Assembly (NCBI GenBank): GCA_030167865.1 | Contig: JALAGF010005445.1 | Span: forward strand, 1 to 34,534 | From: Craspedostauros australis | Lineage: Eukaryota | Direction of reading: 5' to 3' | Length of the DNA stretch: 34,534 nucleotides | Program-made: the position numbers and the translations under genes | The notes under the pieces: generated by a model | What the model saw: the letters and a program-made list of their open reading frames with translations, nothing else | Database searches by the model: none | What the model was told of the DNA's origin: nothing | Part shown: in pieces, positions 1 through 8,186 of the stretch | Layout of the letters: every line of letters starts with the position of its first letter | Position numbering within the stretch: position 1 is the stretch's first letter

Positions 1-10
1 TGCCTCTCAC

Positions 11-1850
11 ATGCAGATGGAGTGTGATGACCCAATGCACTCAGCTCAATTTGCGCTCACGCCCAACCAGAAGAAGAAGACAACAACGAAACAATCCCAA
101 TCAACCAGAACGCGTACCAACAAGCACAAGCTCAGGAAGAAGATCACTCAAACAAATGACATCGCTTCTGCCACCAACNACACTCCAANCATCACAATTG
201 ATATNCCTGACATCACTNGTGTGACACATGCTGCTGCCAATGACACCACCNCTGNCNATAATGAACAGCCTTGCNCCACCACAGACAAACAACACACTGG
301 AGTATGTAACCNTTGTGCAGGGGTGATGCNTTTTGTGGACGACCGATATGTCCCTTTCGTGACATCGCTTATGGAAGATCACCTTGCGGAACACGCGACA
401 GAATTGGAGTCGATGCTCAGTGCCGCACCGGGGTTCAACAACGAAATACTGTGGTACATGGCACACAAAGTGCGCAGCAAGCTTCAATTTGGACAAATTG
501 AGCAGTACCTCAAAAATATCAACAACCAAGAGAATCGCGCACATGTGGTGCTGGACCACAAACAGAAAATTCTTCCGACTGGCCAAGGCGAAGCNNNNNN
601 NNNNNNNNNNNNNNNNNNNNNNNNNNNNNNNNNNNNNNNNNNNNNNNNNNNNNNNNNNNNNNNNNNNNNNNNNNNNNNNNNNNNNNATATCATTGTGAAG
701 GGGAGGCCAACTCAAGACACCCTCCAAGTTGGCGGGCTTCTCGAAATTGTGCAACAACAGGTGAGAAAAATTCTTCCATCAGTCACCGAAATTGTCATCC
801 AATCCAATAACGCGTCTTGTTTCGCGAGCCACGAGCACATCCTGCTGATCACATCAGTGCTGAACAAGAACCTTGGAACGCAAAATGTCCCCAAGATTGC
901 GGCCTGGATCTACACCGAAGCCCAAACCGGAAAAGGCCGCCTCGACACGCACTTTGCATACATCACTGTTGTATTGCGAGCGTATGTTCTGGAGGACAAT
1001 GACATCAAAACAGAACACCAACTTTTCAATGCACTGGAAGCTGGCAACATCGCAGGAACGACCACGGTTTTGGCGGATGCAGAATGCCTTGAGGGGCGTG
1101 TCCTGAGTTTCCCCGGCATGCCAAAGAAGCGTTTCTGCGCGAAAGGGCAAAAGGTACGCCAAACGCACGAGGTCAAGTTTGGAGACGATGAGGCCAATTT
1201 GGTGGCGGCATCTGGCGTCACAGATGATGTACTTGTCCCGTGTGTGGAGTGGGAGGGATGGGAAATCAACCAACTGGGTGTCCGCACGATCGCAACGCAC
1301 ATGTCAGGAAAGGAACCGTTCACCGCCGAATCACCAAAGAAGAAGAAGAAGACGCGAAAGTGGGGTGCTACCGCAGTGGAGAGCAAGGCGCTCGTGTTTC
1401 GCGATGCATTGGAGATGGGGCAAGGAGAGCTACCACACAACCACACCGCAAAATTGAAAGACCAGACCGCGGAAGCCGAAATCCCCCGACTTGCGGTGAA
1501 GGGCTGGGCAGTGAAAACAACGCGCAGCAACGCGGAGTTACCACGGTACGTACTGCAGAAATTGGATGAAATGAGCACGGCTGCCAAAAACAACCCGAAA
1601 AATCGACCAACAGAACACGAAGCGCACCGTAGACTGATGGAGCTGGAGGGAACAGAGACTGATTGGTTCACGCAATTGCACGGAAGTCCAATGCGCGTGA
1701 AATCGCACCTGACCGCGGCGTACTACAGCTCACAACGAGACGCGAAGAAAACAGCCACGGCAGCAGGTACGACCAACAACAACAACAAAACGGCATCAGG
1801 ATCATCACCATCACCATCACCATCACCATCACCATCACCATCACCATCAC

Positions 1851-1938
<88 letters not shown>

Positions 1939-2092
1939 TGCTAGGGAACCAACAGGTACGAAACCATCAGACAAGCAGAAGAGCCAAGAAGAGGAAGAGA
2001 TGGAAGAAGAGGAAGGGAGAATAGGATGTGGTGTGAGGCCAACACCACCAGGAGGCACGCGGAGAACGAAGAGATGGTCCCGCAAGAAGTGA
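11..2092 (+). mobile_element. Sola3-like DDD DNA transposase ORF, probably 5'-truncated by the window edge and probably inactive
   Basis: Ordered motifs HxxxCxxC, VVLDHKQKILP, QSNNASCF, YTEAQTGKGRLDTHFA, RAYVLEDNDI and KGWAVK parallel the DWAMKFLP / SDNAGCY / SxxQxGKGxCD / GWALK pattern I associate with Sola3 transposases. The second catalytic Asp reads Asn. Many n bases and a gap at 595-686. No TIR identified. Confidence 0.65.
1803..1938 (+). repeat. Compound hexanucleotide microsatellite (TCACCA)n then (ACAGCA)n, encoding (SP)n and (TA)n in the transposase frame
   Basis: Read directly from the sequence. Confidence 0.95.
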
Positions 2093-2871
2093 GGGATGCG
2101 ATTCGNNNNNNNNNNNNNNNNNNNNNNNNNNNNNNNNNNNNNNNNNNNNNNNNNNNNNNNNNNNNNNNNNNNNNNNNNNNNNNNNNNNNNNNNNNNNNNN
2201 NNNNNNNNNNNNNNNNNNNNNNNNNNNNNNNNNNNNNNNNNNNNAGTTTAGGAGTAGTCCAAAAATGTGCACATTGACAGGTCCATAAAACCTAAACTAC
2301 GGACTTCAAGGCTCTGGGTAATTTTCCTGTTGCTATAGAGACTATAATGAGTTGGTTTATATGCTTGGTTGTGTTGAAATCGAAGAAAAAGTGCCACTCT
2401 ACTTTACCAAAGGTTGGTCCANNNNNNNNNNNNNNNNNNNNNNNNNNNNNNNNNNNNNNNNNNNNNNNNNNTAGGATGTGGTGTGAGGCCAACACCACCA
2501 GGAGGCACGCGGAGAACGAAGAGATGGTCCCGCAAGAAGTGAGGGATGCGATTCGGACGAGGATGAGACGGAGACTGACGGCGAAAATGGAGGAACAAAA
2601 TAAGGACTAATTAATTCAAAATGTGAACAAATTCGCCAAAACCAAGAACACAAACACGTTATTTTGGATCGAACTTGTCGGATGTCTATCGCTCAGTTTA
2701 GGAGTAGTCCAAAAATGTGCACATTGACAGGTCCATAAAACCTAAACTACGGACTTCAAGGCTCTGGGTAATTTTCCTGTTGCTATAGAGACTATAATGA
2801 GTTGGTTTATATGCTTGGTTGTGTTGAAATCGAAGAAAAAGTGCCACTCTACTTTACCAAAGGTTGGTCCA
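2022..2871. repeat. Direct duplication with a 450-bp offset across N gaps (2022-2421 vs 2472-2871), probably an assembly artefact
   Basis: 2022-2105 matches 2472-2555 and 2245-2421 matches 2695-2871. The copies look identical and are separated by a 50-N gap. Confidence 0.85.
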
Positions 2872-3219
2872 CTCGCTCACCTGGGTCATATAAGACCAAC
2901 ATCGTAGTTACAACAAACCAACATCATCTACTGTGGATTCTGAGTTAGTTCTAATAGGAAAGTGGAATTGAAACCTGCCCTGTAACCTGCAAGGCTACAT
3001 TTTGCTAGGCTTCGTGTGGTGTTCTTGTGGGGGGCAGGACGTAGACACAGACTCCACACCTGCACATACGTTGATACTTGCGCTTTCGGACAGTAGTGGT
3101 TGGTTGACCTTCCGAGTGCCAATTGGTAATATATTCGATGTATTTACTCTGCAATTGTAATATCTTGCTCTTCAGAAATGCGGGCGACGATGAACATCGA
3201 CATCAAATGTGGAGATTGT

Positions 3220-5937
3220 TCATGGCACCACAGCGCACGCTTGTACACCGATGCATTCTCCATCGGGGATGACGTAAGAGTTGTTGAAACACGAGGAATC
3301 GCCAATGCAGGCTCCGTCCCCTACCATTCCGGTGTTGTAGTAGCATGCTGCGGTTTCGTAGCACGACCCGATGCCAATGTCGGCCTTGTTGCCATAGCAG
3401 GCGTATGGGCCTTGGCAGGAGTCCTGGCCGATGGCGCCATAGTTGTCGCGACAAGTTGAGTTGCCACTGCAGGCTCCGTCCCCTACCATTCCGGTGTTGT
3501 AGAGGCATGCCCCGTTTTCGTAGCACGACCCGATGCCCACGTCGGCCTCGTTGCCATAGCAGGCGAATGGGCCTTGGCAGGAGTCCTGGCCGATGGCGCC
3601 ATAGTTCGTGGCACAAGCTGACTTGCCATGGCAGGCTCCGTCCCCTACCATTGCGGCGTTGAGGTAGCATGCGGTGATTTCGTAGCACGACCCGATGCCC
3701 ACGTTGGCTCCGTTGCCGATGCAGGCGTATGGGCCCCGGCAGGAGTCCTGGCCGATGTCGCCAGCGTTCGTGGCACAAGTGAAGTTGCCGAGGCAGGAGT
3801 ATGCAGCGATCATGCCTATGTTGCCGAGGCACGCAGAAGGTCCAACACAGGATCCCATGTCCACATCGGCCTCGTTGCCGATGCAGGCGTATGGGCCTTG
3901 GCAGGAGTCCTGGGCGATGGCGCCAGCGTTCGTGAGACAAGTTGAGTTGCCACAGCAGGCTCCGTCTCCTACCATTCCGGTGTTGTTGTAGCATGCTCTG
4001 GTTTCGTGGCACGACCGCATGCCCACGTCGCCCTGGTTGTCATAGCACGCATCTTCACCTTCGCAGGAGTCCTGCCCGATGTCGCCAGCGTTCCTGAAAC
4101 AAGTTGAGTCGCCACAGCAGGCTCCGTCTCCTACCATTCCGGTGTTGAGGTAGCATGCTCTGGTTTCGTAGCACGACCCCATGCCCACGTCGCCCTGGTT
4201 GTAATAGCACGCCTCTTCACCTTCGCAGGAGTCCTGCCCGATGTCGCCAGCGTTCCTGAAACAAGTTGAGTTGCCACGGCAGGAGTTTGTAGCGATCATG
4301 CCAGTGTTGAATGCACACGTAGTGGGTCCAATGCAAGATCCCATGCTGATGGGAACAATGTTTCGGAAGCACGCATCTTCACCGTCGCAGGACCCCGCGG
4401 CGACGCTACCAGTCTGCTGGCTGCATGCACGCGGTCCAATACAGGATCCCATGCTGATGGAGCCAGTGTTTTGGACGCACGGACCTTGACCGACACAACT
4501 TCCGCTTGCGATATCTCCTGTGTTGGAATAACAAGCAACATATCCCACGCACGCGTTCGTACTGACTGTGCCTTCGTTGGAGTCGCAAGCGAGTTTGCCA
4601 ATGCAGGATCCGGCGTCGACGTTTCCCGCGTTGAAGAAGCAAGCGTCCTCTCCAATGCAGGATCTGGCGTCGACGTTTCCCGCGTTGGAGAGACAAGCGC
4701 CCTCTCCAATGCAGGACCTGTCACTGATGTTGGCGTCGTTCACGAAGCAAGCACCCTCGCCGAGGCAAGCGCCAGTTCCGATTGCTCCTTCGCTGTAAGT
4801 GCATGCAGCTCTGCCTACGCAAGAGTTTTCCTTGACGTCGCCTCGGTTGCGGAGACATGCTCTGTCTGTGGTGCAAGAATTTTCGCTAATGTCTCCCCTA
4901 TTCTGGAAACACGAAGCCTCCCCGAAGCATGAGAATGAGGAGATATCGCCTGAGTTTTCGAGGCAACTACCAACGCCGTTGCAAGATTGCTCATTGACTT
5001 TACCGGTGTTGGCTGCGCAACTGAGGTTGCCATTGCAAGCGTAAGAAGGAATTGATATCTCTATGCCATCGCAGGCTTCCACACCGTTGCAAGCATAGGG
5101 AGCAATCGTGATGGCCGTTGTCTCGTTGGGACTGAATGCGCAAGAGTAATTGCCATTGCAGGAGTTGGGGCACACCGTCACGCGTCGGTCGTTGCCCCAC
5201 ACACACGCGGGAGCTATCTCAATGTCTGGTGCTTGACAGCAATTAGCCTCCTCGTCTGCGCACTTCGCGGTGACGTCTTCGGCCGTTCCAGTGAAGCAAG
5301 ACTTGAATGCTTTGTTGGACTTGGCAGACTTCTCAGCCTTGGCTCCCTTTGATGACGATTTCTCAGGCTTGGTGGACTTGAGCTGGCGGATGCGAACATT
5401 GAGGGTTTCGACCGTCCCCTCATGACGAAGTTCTGCGATGGACGCAGGCGACGCGCCCTTCTCGGCATCATCAGTGGTGCCTTGAAGACGGCCAAGATCG
5501 GTGAACTTGTGCTCAAGCTTTTGTTCAAGTTTGTTCTTGGTGTTGGTGGAAGAGGTGGCACGTCGATGATGGAAGTTGCTTGCCTTGGCCTTGGTGTTGG
5601 CCTCTGTCTTGGTGCTGGCGTCCTTGAAGTTGGAAACAAGATGGTCGATGTTGGGCATGGAGGAAGTGTCAGAGAGGAGCATGTTCACCTTGTCTTTGGT
5701 GTCTTGTGCTGTGATCTTGTTGTTGTCACCGTGTGCGGAGTTGAACGCCAAGATCTTGGCCTTATGCTCAGCTGCCAGCTTGCCGAACTTCGCTTGAAGA
5801 GCGTTGATGTCGACATCGATGTTGAGATCGGAAGTGACCTTGGTACGACCGCTCTTGTCGAGCACGGCATCGACGCCGTTGCAAATGATGCTCTGTGCGA
5901 TGACGAGAGCGAGGATGTCTTTCTTCATGGGAGGCAT
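3220..5937 (-). CDS. Secreted cysteine-rich repeat protein (~905 aa): signal peptide, Lys-rich N-terminal region, 36 x ~18-aa (S/A)CxGxxACxxNxGx(I/V)xxx repeats
   Basis: Uninterrupted ORF. First ATG at 5937 (MPPMKKDILALVIAQSIICNGVDA, signal-peptide-like). C-x5-C repeats run from 5163 to the C-terminus. Stop TGA at 3220-3222. No TM or GPI-like hydrophobic tail seen. Confidence 0.9.
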   Translation of the reverse strand: MPPMKKDILALVIAQSIICNGVDAVLDKSGRTKVTSDLNIDVDINALQAKFGKLAAEHKAKILAFNSAHGDNNKITAQDTKDKVNMLLSDTSSMPNIDHLVSNFKDASTKTEANTKAKASNFHHRRATSSTNTKNKLEQKLEHKFTDLGRLQGTTDDAEKGASPASIAELRHEGTVETLNVRIRQLKSTKPEKSSSKGAKAEKSAKSNKAFKSCFTGTAEDVTAKCADEEANCCQAPDIEIAPACVWGNDRRVTVCPNSCNGNYSCAFSPNETTAITIAPYACNGVEACDGIEISIPSYACNGNLSCAANTGKVNEQSCNGVGSCLENSGDISSFSCFGEASCFQNRGDISENSCTTDRACLRNRGDVKENSCVGRAACTYSEGAIGTGACLGEGACFVNDANISDRSCIGEGACLSNAGNVDARSCIGEDACFFNAGNVDAGSCIGKLACDSNEGTVSTNACVGYVACYSNTGDIASGSCVGQGPCVQNTGSISMGSCIGPRACSQQTGSVAAGSCDGEDACFRNIVPISMGSCIGPTTCAFNTGMIATNSCRGNSTCFRNAGDIGQDSCEGEEACYYNQGDVGMGSCYETRACYLNTGMVGDGACCGDSTCFRNAGDIGQDSCEGEDACYDNQGDVGMRSCHETRACYNNTGMVGDGACCGNSTCLTNAGAIAQDSCQGPYACIGNEADVDMGSCVGPSACLGNIGMIAAYSCLGNFTCATNAGDIGQDSCRGPYACIGNGANVGIGSCYEITACYLNAAMVGDGACHGKSACATNYGAIGQDSCQGPFACYGNEADVGIGSCYENGACLYNTGMVGDGACSGNSTCRDNYGAIGQDSCQGPYACYGNKADIGIGSCYETAACYYNTGMVGDGACIGDSSCFNNSYVIPDGECIGVQACAVVP
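3223..4284 (-). repeat. Coding higher-order tandem repeat, 162-bp (54-aa, 3 x 18 aa) period, about 6.5 copies
   Basis: CAGGCTCCGTC(C/T)CCTACCATT recurs at 3308, 3470, 3632, 3956 and 4118, all multiples of 162 apart. Confidence 0.95.
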
Positions 5938-6094
5938 GGTTACGTGTTGTTGTTGTTGTTGTTGTTGTTGTTTCTGCTTGTTGTTACTTGTTGTGTGTGC
6001 GCTTTGGCCTTGAGTCAATTTGGGTTGAATTGAGTTGGTCTGTTCTCGATTTTGTGGGTGATGGCAAGGAGTCCCTCGAAGGGTGGAACTCTCC

Positions 6095-6230
6095 TCATGT
6101 TATGTTGATCATGTTATGTTGATCATGTTATGTTGATCATGTTCTGCGTTGTTTGCGTTGTTTGCGTTGTTTGCGTTGTTTGCGTTGTTTGCGTTGTTTG
6201 CGTTGTTTGCGTTGTTTGCGTTGTTTGCGT
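6095..6230. repeat. Adjacent tandem repeats: 14-mer (TCATGTTATGTTGA) x3.5, then 9-mer (TGCGTTGTT) x9.5
   Basis: Read directly; lies about 160-290 bp upstream of the Cys-rich gene start codon. Confidence 0.95.
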
Positions 6231-6450
6231 GCTCTTCCTTCTTGTGGATGTTGAGCATGAGTTTGGATCCAACAACTTCGGACAACTTTCAACTTCGTGG
6301 AGGTGGCAACAACAGCGAAGTCACAGTCAGGCACCGGATATTGTGGCGCTAATTTGGTTTCGCCCTCGCCATTATTGCTCAGAGTTTGGTGAACGACAGG
6401 AGAATACTTCAGCCCCGCTGTCGCAGCAGACGTCGCGAGATCCTCCACAA

Positions 6451-6520
6451 ACATGACCCGGTGGCAATGAATGTTTGGGGTCGTGACACGACCCGGTGAC
6501 AATGAATGTTTGAGGTCGTG
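6451..6520. repeat. 35-bp tandem duplication with internal inverted repeats
   Basis: ACATGACCCGGTGGCAATGAATGTTTGGGGTCGTG / ACACGACCCGGTGACAATGAATGTTTGAGGTCGTG, 3 mismatches. Confidence 0.9.
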
Positions 6521-7897
6521 GAAGTGTTTTTGGTGATGTCTGTTGCGAACAGGACTCGGTCTCCGTGCCCATCTTCACTTGATGGTGTCCAGTGGATGCA
6601 AGGTCATGCCCAAAATGACCATGTTCATGCAAGTCACCGTGCACGTTCTGCATCCCCAGGGTGTTATGCGCTTTCAGTGAGAGGTGTAATTTTCATTGCC
6701 TTGAGTTGAAGTTCATCTAAAGAACAGACTACTTTCCACAGTGTATCCCATGTCACACCATGAAATTGTTTTTGGCGCGTAAATTCTGGCGCGAAACCTT
6801 CCGCCTACAAACACGGAAAACTTCTCTTTTCCCTCCTTCCCCCACTCTCACTCATGAACCACTGCTGACTCAAAACTCAATTGAGTCACCGAGGTCAATG
6901 TACTCCGGGAATCATATGCTCCTCTGAACCCTTGTGTTGCAGCTAATATTGGTTCCATTGTCAGCCATGCTGGCTAACAACTCTACACCACAACAACAAG
7001 GAGATCCTCCCTGCTTCAACATGAGCAGGGAATACAACTGCAATTCCTGTAGCTTGACAACCTGCGTTCTCAACCATGACTTCAATCAAGATGTCAAGAC
7101 TTTGTACTCGAACATAGAACAACTACCACAGATAGTCGAGAGAGAGAGAGAGAGAGAAAGAGATCGTCCGTCCTCAGCACTGAACCTCTGATGGTCGGTG
7201 CAGAGCCGCACTATGCAACTGGACATCGTTTCTTCATCTTACATCTCAATCTGATTAACTCACAATGCAGACTATTCAAAAATAACAATAGCATAACTCA
7301 AGATCAGCACAACACCACTAATCTACTCATTGTCACCTACTACAATCTTCCCAGACAGTCATCCCTCGCCAACTGCATCCTCAGTTTCATCCAAACTGGC
7401 AGTCGGCTAGGCTTTCCTTCCGGATCATGTCACAACGTTACATGGAAATCCAACTGGTAGCTGCGATCAGTTACATCAAGTCCACCAACTCCTCTGAGCA
7501 ACTTCCTCTGCCAACCGCTCGCACGTTCTCTCAGAGACCAAAGCCTCAAGGCATAGCTCGCAAACTGAGCAACTTACCAGGAGCATCAGGTCCTCATTGG
7601 GTTGTTGGAAGGCTCCGCGCACGGAGAATCGGTAGTAGTCACACTCTTTGGCTGTAATTGTTTCTGTTACTGTTACTGATACTGTTATCGATTGTTGATG
7701 AGCGTGCGTGCGGAATGAGATGATCAAAATGCTCTCTTGATCCATCTCTTCCTCACTGTTGTTACTTGGTGCAATCCTCTTGCACCTCCATGCACATTGC
7801 TCTCCTTGTTGCTCTCCTTGTTGCTCGTTGATGTTGTCTTGGTTGTTGTTGATGTTGTTCTCTCTCGTTGTTTCGTCGTTGTTCCGTTCTCGGGTTT

Positions 7898-8167
7898 TGT
7901 TGAATCTGGTGATTGATCGAATCTGATGGAATGTATAAAACATATTTCATTTCTGTAGACCTAGTAGGTAAGGCCTTGAGGTGACGTCACATGTGGTGGA
8001 TACTGTGGTACCAGCTGGTATCGCGGTATCCTGACATTGTAGTATCGTAGTATCGTGGTGGTATCATGTGACGTCATGAGTTTTGGGTCGTGATTCCGCC
8101 ACCAAATATTCTTGATGGCACGCAAGTGTGACTGATGCATACACATCCGAGTACACACATTCCGACA
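7898..8167 (-). mobile_element. Putative 3' LTR (~270 bp) of the minus-strand copia element
   Basis: On the minus strand, the RNase H stop (8187) is followed by a purine tract AGGAAGGG, then TGTCGGAA (8167). Candidate end TTCAACA at 7898. No partner LTR in the window to confirm the end. Confidence 0.6.
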
Positions 8168-8186
8168 CCCTTCCTGTAGGCGTCAG

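Noticed and set aside
2022..2871. Biological tandem duplication of the transposon 3' end
   Set aside because: Copies look identical and abut a 50-N gap. The same pattern occurs at 10687-10814 and 33123-33192, pointing to contig-overlap artefacts.
3223..5163. CRISPR array or antifreeze protein
   Set aside because: The repeats are codon-phased, lack unique spacers, and no cas genes are present. There is no Thr-x-Thr ice-binding face.
3178..6033. Many overlapping ORFs in other frames and on the opposite strand of the Cys-rich gene
   Set aside because: Shadow ORFs of a GC-rich repetitive CDS with no independent motifs.
7191..7897. Possible decayed coding sequence on the minus strand
   Set aside because: Interrupted by stops and low-complexity runs, with no recognisable motif.
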